From positions 120,001-152,000 of the forward strand of contig CAZXEQ010000002.1 in the NCBI GenBank assembly GCA_964640155.1: a stretch of 32,000 nucleotides of DNA, written 5' to 3'. The notes beneath the pieces were generated by a model. The model searched no databases. It was not told the DNA's origin and worked only from the letters and a program-made list of their open reading frames with translations. Below are positions 1 to 8,930 of the stretch, piece after piece (within the stretch, counting starts at the first letter, position 1; each line of letters begins with the position of its first letter). The DNA is from an uncultured bacterium (GTDB taxonomy: Bacteria > Auribacterota > JACPWU01). The position numbers were made by a program, and so were the translations under genes.

Positions 1-72
1 AGACAAAAGAAGGCTCTCAAGCTTAAGAAGGCATCTCAGTCCACTGGACAATCTGTTTCAACAACCGCTTAA
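1..72 (+). CDS. 3' end of an unidentified gene entering from the left edge (last 23 codons only)
   Basis: Frame 1 is open from position 1 to TAA at 70-72 (RQKKALKLKKASQSTGQSVSTTA*). A hairpin follows at 81-105. Too short for any family call. Confidence 0.3.
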   Translation, partial: RQKKALKLKKASQSTGQSVSTTA

Positions 73-80
73 ATCTTTTT

Positions 81-118
81 CTGTCGCTCGCCAAACGAGC
101 GACAGGATATTGATTTTT
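81..118 (+). terminator. Hairpin terminator candidate between convergent genes
   Basis: Perfect 10-bp stem CTGTCGCTCG (81-90) / CGAGCGACAG (96-105) with a 5-nt loop, followed by GATATTGATTTTT. It sits between the plus-strand stop at 70-72 and the minus-strand ORF end at 121. Confidence 0.5.
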
Positions 119-120
119 AA

Positions 121-390
121 TCAATCGTAGTGACCTCGATGCCCTCTACGACCATACCCACGGGAGTCATGATGACGCCTCCAGGGCTTTCTATCTTGAT
201 ACGATACATGTACGCTTGGTGAAGTATAATAATACCCTGAACGATACATCCCATAATTGGAATAAGGGGAGTAATCATAATAAACCTGCTGATACGGATC
301 GTAGTAGCGCTCACATCTTATTTCATCTGCTTGAAGAGTTGTTACCCAAAAACCAGCAGATAAAATAAATGCTAAAAGTACATTTTTCAT
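121..390 (-). CDS. Small secreted Tyr/Arg/His-rich protein (89 aa), function unknown
   Basis: AGGAGG lies 8 nt upstream of the ATG. Signal peptide MKNVLLAFILSAGFWVTTLQA|DE. The predicted mature 68 aa contain 15 Tyr (YYDPYQQVYYDYSPYSNYGMYRSGYYY) and a basic His/Arg tail (RRHHDSRGYGRRGHRGHYD). Confidence 0.7.
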   Translation of the reverse strand: MKNVLLAFILSAGFWVTTLQADEIRCERYYDPYQQVYYDYSPYSNYGMYRSGYYYTSPSVHVSYQDRKPWRRHHDSRGYGRRGHRGHYD

Positions 391-423
391 ACTATTCCCT
401 CCTTTTGTATAGAGAGGCCATTT

Positions 424-690
424 TTATTCTACAACTTCATTTGTCTCGGTAACAACTTGATGCTCTACAGTCCGACCATGCTCAACAATTGTCGGTTCAA
501 TGACGATACGATCGAAATGATGGTGACTTGGATAGTGATATAAATGGCAAACGCGACAAAAAATATGACCTCCCCGATAGTGATGATGTCGATCATGATG
601 GGGATGTCTGTCGCATCGATAAGCATAAGTGAAAGGAGCTATAAAAAGAGAGCTAATAAGAAAAAAAATGATTAAATAAAGCTTTTTCAT
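424..690 (-). CDS. Small secreted His-rich protein (88 aa from the MKK start), possible periplasmic metal binder
   Basis: The ORF track starts at 720, but the ATG at 690 is preceded by AAAGGAG and begins a typical signal peptide, MKKLYLIIFFLISSLFIAPFTYA|YR. The predicted mature 65 aa contain 14 His (RHPHHDRHHHYRGGH..HLYHYPSHHH) and 3 Cys. It lies 33 nt upstream of the 121-390 gene on the same strand. Confidence 0.7.
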   Translation of the reverse strand: MKKLYLIIFFLISSLFIAPFTYAYRCDRHPHHDRHHHYRGGHIFCRVCHLYHYPSHHHFDRIVIEPTIVEHGRTVEHQVVTETNEVVE

Positions 691-725
691 AACATTCTCC
701 TTTATGTTGAGAACTAACAAGTTCC

Positions 726-731
726 ATTATA
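726..731 (-). promoter_or_regulatory. Candidate -10 box (TATAAT) for the His/Tyr-rich protein operon
   Basis: The minus strand reads a perfect TATAAT about 36 nt upstream of the ATG at 690. No convincing -35 was found. Confidence 0.3.
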
Positions 732-820
732 CTCTTTTGAACTTTGAATTTCTTGTAAAAAACACCTATTTAAAAAACCTTGGCAAGCTCATGAATCTAT
801 GACATAAATATGCAATTCCG

Positions 821-2185
821 ATGAATACAAAATCCTTCTATATCAAAACTTATGGATGTCAAATGAATGTCTATGATTCAGAAGCTATGGAAGGACTTCT
901 CATGGATCATGGTTTTTCACCTGCAGCATCTGAACCAGAAGCTGATATTATTCTCCTAAATACTTGCAGCGTAAGAGATTTAGCTGAGCAAAAGGCCATT
1001 GGGAAAACAGGTATTTTAGGGAAACTAAAGCGAACCAATCCTGACTTGGTACTCGGTATTTGCGGTTGCATGGCTCAGAATATGAAAGAAACCCTTTTTA
1101 AGAAAATCCCTACCCTTGATCTGGTATGTGGCCCTAATGACCTTTTAAGTCTTCCCAAACTCATTCGTCAAGCCCTTGAAGGGAAACGCCAATTGTTGCA
1201 AGTTGAGAATCCTAATTGGGTGATGACAGCCGATATTCCCAAGCGTAGAAAAACAAGCATTTCAGCATGGATTTCAGTCATGAGAGGTTGTAATCATAAT
1301 TGTACTTTTTGTATTGTCCCCACCGTGCGAGGACGTGAAGTGAGCCGTCCTGTAGAAGATCTTCTTAAAGAAGTACACGCTCTCGTTCAAGACGGATATA
1401 AAGAAGTAACTCTGCTTGGACAAAACATTAACTCTTATGGAAGAGATTTAAGAAATGGATCCAATTTTTCAAAACTTTTAGACAAATTGAATGAGATTCA
1501 TGGTTTAGATAGAATACGATTTACAACTTCTCACCCTGTAGATATTCGAGACGAACTCATAACAACCATGAGTCGTCTGGGAAAAGTTTGCGAATTTTTA
1601 CATTTTCCCATTCAATCCGGATCTAATCGTATTCTTTCTGCTATGAAACGGGGTTACACAAGAGAACAATATTTAGAAAAAGTTGAGAAAGTGAGAAGTA
1701 GAATCCCCAAAATTGCACTTTCAACAGATATTATTGTTGGATTTCCAGGCGAGACCGATGAAGATTTTCAAGAAACATGTAAAGTGCTGGAAGATGCACA
1801 ATTTGATGGGGCTTTTCTATTTAAATATTCTGTGCGATCCGGGACTCCAGCTGCTACCCTCCCCGATCAAGTTCCAGAAAAGATCAAGGAAGAACGTCAC
1901 AACATTATATTTAAGCTTCAAGATAAAATTTCCGCACATAAAAACAATCAATGTGTGGGGAAAGCCTTGGAAGTTTTAGTAGAAGGCCACGATCGAAAAG
2001 GGAGAAATCTTCTCTATGGGAGATCTCGAAAAAATCAAATGATTTACTTTGAAGGAGAAAATGAACTGATCGGTAAAATCATGGATGTCGAAATTGAAAG
2101 AGCAACTGCATATGCGCTTTATGGCAAAAACACCTACTCTAAGGCTCAACCGACAAAACAAATTTTCTCAATGGAGAGTATTTGA
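821..2185 (+). CDS. miaB: tRNA-2-methylthio-N6-dimethylallyladenosine synthase (radical SAM methylthiotransferase)
   Basis: N-terminus FYIKTYGCQMNVYDSE with the downstream LNTCSVR and GCMAQ cysteines. Radical-SAM motif CNHNCTFC. C-terminal TRAM-like segment. 454 aa. Confidence 0.93.
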   Translation: MNTKSFYIKTYGCQMNVYDSEAMEGLLMDHGFSPAASEPEADIILLNTCSVRDLAEQKAIGKTGILGKLKRTNPDLVLGICGCMAQNMKETLFKKIPTLDLVCGPNDLLSLPKLIRQALEGKRQLLQVENPNWVMTADIPKRRKTSISAWISVMRGCNHNCTFCIVPTVRGREVSRPVEDLLKEVHALVQDGYKEVTLLGQNINSYGRDLRNGSNFSKLLDKLNEIHGLDRIRFTTSHPVDIRDELITTMSRLGKVCEFLHFPIQSGSNRILSAMKRGYTREQYLEKVEKVRSRIPKIALSTDIIVGFPGETDEDFQETCKVLEDAQFDGAFLFKYSVRSGTPAATLPDQVPEKIKEERHNIIFKLQDKISAHKNNQCVGKALEVLVEGHDRKGRNLLYGRSRKNQMIYFEGENELIGKIMDVEIERATAYALYGKNTYSKAQPTKQIFSMESI

Positions 2186-2973
2186 ATAAATATTTTCCTC
2201 AAAACACATTTAAAAAATTCTCTTTAATTATTTTTTTTACTGTTTTTTCTATAGTAAAAAATTCTTTTGCTCAAGAATTGATTGATCAAACATTAGAGAT
2301 TGCGGAAAAAGCTTATCTTCTACAAGACTTTTCAAAAGCTTTACAGTATTACGATAAGCGCCTAAAAAACAATCTAACAGAAGACAAACGGGCCTGGATT
2401 CTTTATTGGAAGGGCAGATCTTTTTTAGCCCTAGAAAAATTTTCAGAAGCACAAGCGTCGTTTGCTCAGGTAGAGAAACACACGCAAGATATCGTTTTGA
2501 GAAATGAAGCTCGACTAGGAATTGCAGATAGCCTTTTTTATGTAGGAGAATTGGAAGCAGCTTTTACGGAATATGAAAAACTATTAGATCAAGGGGCTTG
2601 CGCATCTAAGCCCACTATTCTCTATCAGCTAGCAACACTTTGGAAAACCAGAGGAAATCAAGAAAAGAGTCGCTTTTTCTTTCAAAAAATTGCAAAAGAC
2701 TTCCCAGATAGCTATGAAGCAGATCTTGTTCGAAAATCTCCTTCTTCTTACTTTATTCAAGTGGGAGTTTTTCGAGAGCCTAAAAACATTCAAAGACTTT
2801 TACAAAAGTTAAAGAATTTGAGGTATCCTTATCAAATTGACGAAGTCAAAAAATCATCTCAAAAAAGTTCTCGAATAAAAGTAGGACCCTTTGAAAAAGA
2901 AATGCAAGCACGAAAGGCACTTTTTGAACTTGATACAAAATCAAACATCAAAGGACATTTGACCAAAGAATGA
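2182..2973 (+). CDS. Secreted TPR-like repeat protein with C-terminal SPOR (peptidoglycan-binding) domain
   Basis: TTG start 5 nt after GGAG, overlapping the miaB stop (TTGA). Signal peptide ending NSFA|QE. Helical TPR-like repeats. C-terminal YFIQVGVFREPKNIQRLLQKL...RIKVGPFEKEMQARKAL resembles SPOR. Confidence 0.7.
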   Translation: MNKYFPQNTFKKFSLIIFFTVFSIVKNSFAQELIDQTLEIAEKAYLLQDFSKALQYYDKRLKNNLTEDKRAWILYWKGRSFLALEKFSEAQASFAQVEKHTQDIVLRNEARLGIADSLFYVGELEAAFTEYEKLLDQGACASKPTILYQLATLWKTRGNQEKSRFFFQKIAKDFPDSYEADLVRKSPSSYFIQVGVFREPKNIQRLLQKLKNLRYPYQIDEVKKSSQKSSRIKVGPFEKEMQARKALFELDTKSNIKGHLTKE

Positions 2974-5615
2974 CCACTGCAACATCTACTTTAACACCCA
3001 TGATGCAACAATATCTCAAGATGAAACAAGAGCATCCAGGATCGATTCTCTTTTTTCGACTTGGAGATTTTTATGAAATGTTTTTTGAAGATGCTCAGAA
3101 AGCTTCCGGCATTCTCAATATTGCCCTCACAGCCCGAGAAGCTGGGCCTGGACCCAAAGTTCCGATGTGTGGCATTCCATTTCATGCCGCTGAATCTTAC
3201 ATTGCAAAACTTCTTTCTGCAGGGCTGAAAGTCTCTATTTGTGAACAAGTCGAAGATCCCAAAATGGCCAAAGGCCTTGTCCGACGCCAAGTCATTCGAA
3301 CCATTACGCCAGGCACCGTTGTAGAGGCGGGTGTCATTGCAGATAAAAAAAATAATTTTTTGGTTTCTATCGCTCAAGGCGAAGAACGCTATGGCATCAG
3401 TATGATTGATATCACGACGGGCGAATTTCGCGTGACAGAACTTTCTTCTGCTGAAGAATTAATTCGAGAGCTCCATCGTATTCAAGCCAGAGAATGCCTT
3501 ATCCCCCAAAGCTTGAATGAAATGGGAGATTTCACCAGAGGCATTTTACGAGAATTCCCTCAAATGATGATGACAACCATCGAAGATTGGAAATATGATT
3601 TTGAAACCTGCCAAAATATTTTACGTGAACATTTTCACACCCAATCTTTGGATGGATTTGGTTGCCGAGAGATGAAGCCTGGAGTCATTGCCGCAGGCAT
3701 TGCTCTTAACTATGTCAAAGAAACTTTAGGTAACCCCATTGACCATATCACGCGTTTATTTTCGTATCAAAGGAGTGATTCTCTTTTGCTCGATAAAAAC
3801 ACTCAACGCAATTTAGAACTTTTGGAATGTCTTCACCCTATGGAAGGACATAAGGGGACTCTTTTTTGGGTTTTAGATCAAACACGTACTTCCATGGGAA
3901 GTCGCCTGTTACAACGATGGATCACACATCCCCTCATCGATATCGAGGCTATTCGAAAAAGACAAGAAGGGATTGAAGAACTTACTCGACTTGGCATTGA
4001 AATGACTCAGCTTAGAGAATCTCTCAATGAAGTAAGAGATCTTGAACGACTCATCAGTCGTATTCATTGTGGTATTGCTAATGCAAGAGATCTGGTTGCG
4101 TTAAGGCTTTCTTTAGAAGCTCTTCCTTCCTTGAGAACGCATCTTCAAGCATTTGAGTCCCCAATTCTTCAAGAAATCAAAGAAGATTTAATAGAACTTC
4201 ATGCCCTTATTGATCTTATTAAGAAAGCCATTGTGGAAGATCCTCCCCTCACTGTTAAAGAAGGAGGTTTAATTCAGTCCGGATATCACGGTGAGCTCGA
4301 TGAACTTCGTCAAATTGCTTATCATGGCAAAGACTGGATCACACAACTTCAGAAAAAAGAAGTTGAACGAACAGGGATTAAGTCTTTGAAAGTCGGATAC
4401 AATCGCGTGTTCGGTTATTTTATAGAAATCAGTAATCCCAATCTTCCCCAAGTCCCTCAGGAATATATTCGAAAGCAGACTCTATCCAATGCAGAACGTT
4501 TCATCACAGAAGAATTAAAGCATTATGAAGAAAAAATTCTTGGGGCTCAGAGCAAAATTCAAGATTTAGAGTATGACCTTTTTCTGAAAATTCGAGATGA
4601 TGTAAAAAAAGACACGCAAACCATTCAACAAATAGCCCAAGCCATTGCGCGTCTTGATGTTCTTATTTCCCTTGCTCTTGTCGCACTTAAAAATGATTAT
4701 ATTCGACCTCAGGTGAATGATTCGGATTTGATTGAAATTGAAGAAGGTCGTCATCCTGTCGTAGAACAAATGGGTCAATCTGATCGTTTTGTTCCTAATG
4801 ATACTTTGCTCAATGTGCATGAAAATCAAATCCTCATCATCACAGGCCCGAATATGGCTGGGAAATCCACCTATCTTCGGCAAGTGGCCTTAATTGTTCT
4901 CATGTCTCAAATCGGAAGCTTTGTCCCCGCTAAAAAAGCCACCCTAGGACTTGTTGATCAAATTTTCACAAGAATCGGCGCTACCGATGAATTATCACGC
5001 GGTCAAAGCACTTTCATGGTTGAAATGAATGAAACCGCCAATATTTTAAATCATGCAACCGATCGAAGCCTTGTGATTCTAGACGAAATCGGTCGTGGAA
5101 CAAGCACCTTTGATGGTATTTCAATTGCTTGGTCTGTTGCTGAATATTTACACCACACCCCTGAAGTGAAAGCACGCACTCTTTTTGCAACTCATTATCA
5201 TGAACTGACAGATTTGGAACTCACATTACCCGGAGTTAAAAATTATAATGTGATGGTTCGTGAATGGAATGACCAAATTGTTTTTGTGAGAAAGATTGTT
5301 CGTGGAGGCGCTGATAAAAGCTATGGCATTCATGTGGCACGTTTAGCAGGCCTTCCAAAACGTGTCATTGATAGAGCCAAAGACATTCTCTCCTGTCTTG
5401 AAGAAGGGGCTGTACAACCTGAAGAATTACCTCGTTATCCTACCATCGCATCAGGCACTTCCCAAGAAGAAATGTCAAATCACAAACAGCTTTCTCTCTT
5501 CAGTCCACGTGAAAAAGATTTTACGGAGTTGCTTAAAGAAATTCATATTGATGATTTAACCCCGGTACAAGCCTTACTTCAATTAAAAGAATTGAAAGAA
5601 AAATTTCTACCATGA
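2970..5615 (+). CDS. mutS: DNA mismatch repair protein MutS
   Basis: N-terminal MQQYLKMKQEHP..FFRLGDFYEMFFEDA. Walker A GPNMAGKST. DEIGRGTST. C-terminal QLSLF (5487-5501) followed by the LTPVQAL tail. ATGA overlap with the upstream gene. Confidence 0.97.
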   Translation: MTTATSTLTPMMQQYLKMKQEHPGSILFFRLGDFYEMFFEDAQKASGILNIALTAREAGPGPKVPMCGIPFHAAESYIAKLLSAGLKVSICEQVEDPKMAKGLVRRQVIRTITPGTVVEAGVIADKKNNFLVSIAQGEERYGISMIDITTGEFRVTELSSAEELIRELHRIQARECLIPQSLNEMGDFTRGILREFPQMMMTTIEDWKYDFETCQNILREHFHTQSLDGFGCREMKPGVIAAGIALNYVKETLGNPIDHITRLFSYQRSDSLLLDKNTQRNLELLECLHPMEGHKGTLFWVLDQTRTSMGSRLLQRWITHPLIDIEAIRKRQEGIEELTRLGIEMTQLRESLNEVRDLERLISRIHCGIANARDLVALRLSLEALPSLRTHLQAFESPILQEIKEDLIELHALIDLIKKAIVEDPPLTVKEGGLIQSGYHGELDELRQIAYHGKDWITQLQKKEVERTGIKSLKVGYNRVFGYFIEISNPNLPQVPQEYIRKQTLSNAERFITEELKHYEEKILGAQSKIQDLEYDLFLKIRDDVKKDTQTIQQIAQAIARLDVLISLALVALKNDYIRPQVNDSDLIEIEEGRHPVVEQMGQSDRFVPNDTLLNVHENQILIITGPNMAGKSTYLRQVALIVLMSQIGSFVPAKKATLGLVDQIFTRIGATDELSRGQSTFMVEMNETANILNHATDRSLVILDEIGRGTSTFDGISIAWSVAEYLHHTPEVKARTLFATHYHELTDLELTLPGVKNYNVMVREWNDQIVFVRKIVRGGADKSYGIHVARLAGLPKRVIDRAKDILSCLEEGAVQPEELPRYPTIASGTSQEEMSNHKQLSLFSPREKDFTELLKEIHIDDLTPVQALLQLKELKEKFLP

Positions 5616-7429
5616 ACATTCATCGTTTGAATCCAGAAATTGTAAAGAGAATCGCTGCAGGCGAAGTCATTGAACGCCCTGCCTCTGTCGTCAAAGAATT
5701 GGTTGAAAATGCGTTAGATGCAAAAGCCAAACATATCAATCTTGAGATTAAAGGGGCTGGAAGACTGCTGATTCAAATGACAGATGATGGGGTTGGAATG
5801 GATGAAGAAGATTTAAAACTCTCCATTCAAAGACACACCACCAGCAAAATCATGAACGTAGAAGACATTGATTGTATTCGTACTTTAGGATTTCGAGGAG
5901 AAGCTCTTTACAGCATTGCAGCTGTTTCCAAACTTGAGATAACCAGTCGAACGCCGCAAAATTCTGTAGGTACTCGGCTACGTTCAGAAGGTGGTGAAAT
6001 CCTAGACATAACTGAAGTAGGAGCCCCGACAGGAACTCAAATTCAAGTTCGGGATCTTTTTTGGAATACACCTGCTCGTTTAAAGTTCCTTAAAAGCCCC
6101 AATACAGAAGTCAGTCATATTTTTGAAACCCTTGCCTTATATGCTTTGGTTCATCCTGAAGTTGCTTTTCGTTTTAAGGAAGGTGATAAAACATGGCTTG
6201 ATGTAGAGGGGTCCTCTGATTTACTAAAACGTGTTCAGAATCTCTATCAAGGATTGGGGTCAGAGTGGATTCCTATTCAAGCAAGTTGGGATGATATAAA
6301 AATCACAGGGTATATCGGACATCCTAAAATGTCACGGGCGAATCGAGCTTTTCAGTTTTTCTTTGTCAATGGACGTCCTGTGAAAGCCCCAGCTTTAAGC
6401 TATGGTTTAGAAGCTGCTTTTCATTCTCTCGTCCCTGAAGGCCGTCACCCTATCGCCTTTGTCATGATTGAAATGAATCCCGAAACCATGGATATCAATG
6501 TTCATCCAGCAAAAAAGGAAATTCGTTTTCATAAAACCCAATGGGTTCAAGATCAAGTAAGAGAAGCCATTCGCCAAGCCTTGTCTCAACATTATTCTTC
6601 CAACACTCAAGCTCTTCCAAACTGCGAAAATACATCCAAAGCTTATCCCGAAATTTCCCAGAGAGCCTTCAAAGTAAAGGAATCCATTCAAAGTTATTTT
6701 AAATCTGAAGACAAAGAAAATTCGACTTTTCCTTCCAATCGCATTTATCGAGACTCAACTCCATCACAACCCCTTTTCAAAGGAGAATCTCTTTCTTCTA
6801 TTGCATCCTCTCTTTCAAAAAACAACCCTATCCCTTCGGGGAAAGACCGCTTCTACTTTAAAGCGCTCGGATGCTTTGACAACCTGTATTGGGCTATTCA
6901 ACTGAAAGATGGGCTTGCTCTCATGGATCAGCACGCAGCTCATGAACGAGTGCTGTACGAAAAATATCTGCGTGCTTGGAGAGAAAAAAGAGTCGAAATT
7001 CAATCTCTTCTCCTCCCCATCAATTTGGATTTATCCAAAGAAGATATGGCTTTGATTCAAGAGCATATTTCCACTTTAAAAGATCTTGGGTTTATCATTG
7101 AAGAGTTTGGACCCTCTTCTATTTTAATCTCTCAGGTTCCAACCTATTGTCAAACACATCAACTCAAGGAAATGATTGTAGATATTTTAGATGATTTAAA
7201 AACTCTTCGAAAAACGCTGAGTTACTCTGAAACAGAACTTGAAGAAAAAATCATTTTACGAGCATGCAAAAGTGCTGTAAAAGCACATGATGTCATGAAA
7301 TTAGAAGAAATCGAAAGATTAATTGAAGAGCTTTTCAGTTCTGAACTTGCCTATACTTGCCCTCATGGCCGCCCTACACTGATTAAATTTACTGCTTCTG
7401 ATTTAGACAAAATGTTTAAGAGAAAATGA
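5612..7429 (+). CDS. mutL: DNA mismatch repair protein MutL, endonuclease-type
   Basis: GHKL ATPase N-terminus IAAGEVIERPASVVKELVENALDA. C-terminal DQHAAHERVLYE (6926-6961), QSLLLP (7001-7018), ACKSAVKA and CPHGRPT. ATGA overlap with mutS. Confidence 0.97.
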   Translation: MNIHRLNPEIVKRIAAGEVIERPASVVKELVENALDAKAKHINLEIKGAGRLLIQMTDDGVGMDEEDLKLSIQRHTTSKIMNVEDIDCIRTLGFRGEALYSIAAVSKLEITSRTPQNSVGTRLRSEGGEILDITEVGAPTGTQIQVRDLFWNTPARLKFLKSPNTEVSHIFETLALYALVHPEVAFRFKEGDKTWLDVEGSSDLLKRVQNLYQGLGSEWIPIQASWDDIKITGYIGHPKMSRANRAFQFFFVNGRPVKAPALSYGLEAAFHSLVPEGRHPIAFVMIEMNPETMDINVHPAKKEIRFHKTQWVQDQVREAIRQALSQHYSSNTQALPNCENTSKAYPEISQRAFKVKESIQSYFKSEDKENSTFPSNRIYRDSTPSQPLFKGESLSSIASSLSKNNPIPSGKDRFYFKALGCFDNLYWAIQLKDGLALMDQHAAHERVLYEKYLRAWREKRVEIQSLLLPINLDLSKEDMALIQEHISTLKDLGFIIEEFGPSSILISQVPTYCQTHQLKEMIVDILDDLKTLRKTLSYSETELEEKIILRACKSAVKAHDVMKLEEIERLIEELFSSELAYTCPHGRPTLIKFTASDLDKMFKRK

Positions 7430-8391
7430 AGAACAGGGTAATCTTACAAGAATCATGCAAACCCATTTATTTAGTCGGTCCGACAGGTGTAGGAAAATCC
7501 GCAGTCGCTCTTGAACTTGCAACCCAACTCAATGCAGAAATTATCGTTGCTGATTCAATGCAAGTCTATCGAGGGCTCGATATTGGAACAGCAAAACCTT
7601 CTCCCGAAGAAAGAGAAAAAATTCCCCATCATCTTTTAGATATTGTTGATCCATCTGAAGATTTTGATGTCTCAAAATTTGTAAAAATTTCTTCTAAAAT
7701 TTTAAAAGAAATTCAGACCAGAGGGAAAACGCCCCTGATTGTAGGGGGAACAGGTCTTTATATCAAAGCCATGATGGATGGACTTTTTTCAGGTCCTGGG
7801 AAAAATCTAGAAATCAGAAAACGTCTTGAAGAAGAAGCTCTCTCAAAAGGTTTAGAATCCCTTTATGATCGCTTGAGTGAACTAGATCCCCAGCGAGCAG
7901 CACAAATACCTCCCCATCATCAAAGACGCATCATCCGAGCTTTAGAAATCTATGAAACAACAGGGAAACCGATCGGACAATTTCAAAATCAATGGACAAA
8001 TCCTCAAGCCAATGTCTGCATCATTGGACTGAACCGAGATCGTAAAGACCTTTATGAAAGAATTAACCATCGTGTGGACGAAATGATTCAGCAAGGGCTT
8101 GTTCAAGAAGCACAAAAACTATTTTTAAAAGGCCTTCGAGAAAATGCTACTGTTATGCAAGCAATCGGATACAAAGAACTCATGACTCATTTTAAGGGGT
8201 TATCTAATATTGAAGAAGCTATTGTTCTGATTAAGCAAAACAGTCGCCATCTTGCAAAACGACAGTTGACATGGTTTAAAAAAGACCCCCGTGTTCACTG
8301 GTTTTTTTTAGAGGAGGAATCTCCGATCTCAAAAATCGTTCAGGATATTCTTAAGTTTCTAACTCATCCCCCTGTTGTTGACAAACCTTAA
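7426..8391 (+). CDS. miaA: tRNA dimethylallyltransferase
   Basis: P-loop GPTGVGKS, DSMQVYRGLDIGTAKP, GGTGLY and RQLTWF motifs. 321 aa. ATGA overlap with mutL. Confidence 0.95.
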   Translation: MKNRVILQESCKPIYLVGPTGVGKSAVALELATQLNAEIIVADSMQVYRGLDIGTAKPSPEEREKIPHHLLDIVDPSEDFDVSKFVKISSKILKEIQTRGKTPLIVGGTGLYIKAMMDGLFSGPGKNLEIRKRLEEEALSKGLESLYDRLSELDPQRAAQIPPHHQRRIIRALEIYETTGKPIGQFQNQWTNPQANVCIIGLNRDRKDLYERINHRVDEMIQQGLVQEAQKLFLKGLRENATVMQAIGYKELMTHFKGLSNIEEAIVLIKQNSRHLAKRQLTWFKKDPRVHWFFLEEESPISKIVQDILKFLTHPPVVDKP

Positions 8392-8437
8392 GAATGTTAC
8401 TATAAATTCTACTACTCTATTTTAAGGAGTTCTTACA

Positions 8438-8704
8438 ATGCCGACATATGAATACGAATGCCAAAAATGTGGCAAAACATTTGAAAAATTTCAAAGCATG
8501 AGCGAAAAACCCCTGAAGACATGTCCCACATGCAAAGGACGTGTCAAAAGACTCATTGGAAAAGGGGCGGGTCTTATCTTCAAAGGTTCAGGTTTTTATT
8601 CCACAGACTATCGAACTGATAGCTATAAATCTTCTGCAAAAAAGGAATCTCCAAGCACCAGCACTAAAGATTCCTCATCAACACCTTCAAAGAAAAAATC
8701 CTAA
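8438..8704 (+). CDS. FmdB-family zinc-ribbon protein with Ser/Lys-rich tail
   Basis: MPTYEYECQKCGKTFE...CPTCKG (CxxC...CxxC). AAGGAG lies 9 nt upstream of the ATG. Confidence 0.8.
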   Translation: MPTYEYECQKCGKTFEKFQSMSEKPLKTCPTCKGRVKRLIGKGAGLIFKGSGFYSTDYRTDSYKSSAKKESPSTSTKDSSSTPSKKKS

Positions 8705-8710
8705 ACCAAG

Positions 8711-8926
8711 ATGTTAAAATCTCTTTGCCCTATTTGTAAAAAAACTTTAGAGAGCTCTCTTAAGGATTTTAAAAATCACGCCTTTTTCCCTTTTTGTTCT
8801 GAAAGATGTAAACTTGTGGACTTACAAGGCTGGCTTTCTGAAAGGTATCGCTTTTCTAGTCCCCTAAAGGATGAAAAAGAGAATAAAACTGAAACTGATA
8901 GCTCTGATGAAAACACATCTTCATAG
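8711..8926 (+). CDS. yacG: YacG-like zinc-finger protein (DNA gyrase inhibitor family) with acidic tail
   Basis: CPICKK...FFPFCSERCKLVDLQGWL matches the YacG pattern CPxC...PFCSxRCxxxDLxxW. Confidence 0.7.
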   Translation: MLKSLCPICKKTLESSLKDFKNHAFFPFCSERCKLVDLQGWLSERYRFSSPLKDEKENKTETDSSDENTSS

Positions 8927-8930
8927 GCCT

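Noticed and set aside
117-314. 65-aa minus-strand ORF overlapping the 121-390 gene in another frame
   Set aside because: It has no SD and no signal peptide, and it is fully embedded in the better-supported ORF.
691-720. ORF-track start (MLVLNIKENV) for the His-rich protein
   Set aside because: The ATG at 690 has an AAAGGAG SD and starts the signal peptide. The upstream extension contains the SD itself.
780-809. Possible miaB promoter TTGGCA-N17-CATAAA and a leaderless-like transcript (miaB has no SD)
   Set aside because: The -10 is poor and lacks the terminal T, so the evidence is too weak to report as a feature.
2991-3377. 128-aa antisense ORF inside mutS. The same applies to 1713-1979, 1976-2161, 2249-2452, 4269-4451, 4566-4883, 5362-5559, 5850-6071, 6407-6691 and 6815-7003.
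   Set aside because: These are shadow ORFs within strongly supported genes (miaB, TPR-SPOR, mutS, mutL). Their composition is low-complexity or odd, and they have no SD.
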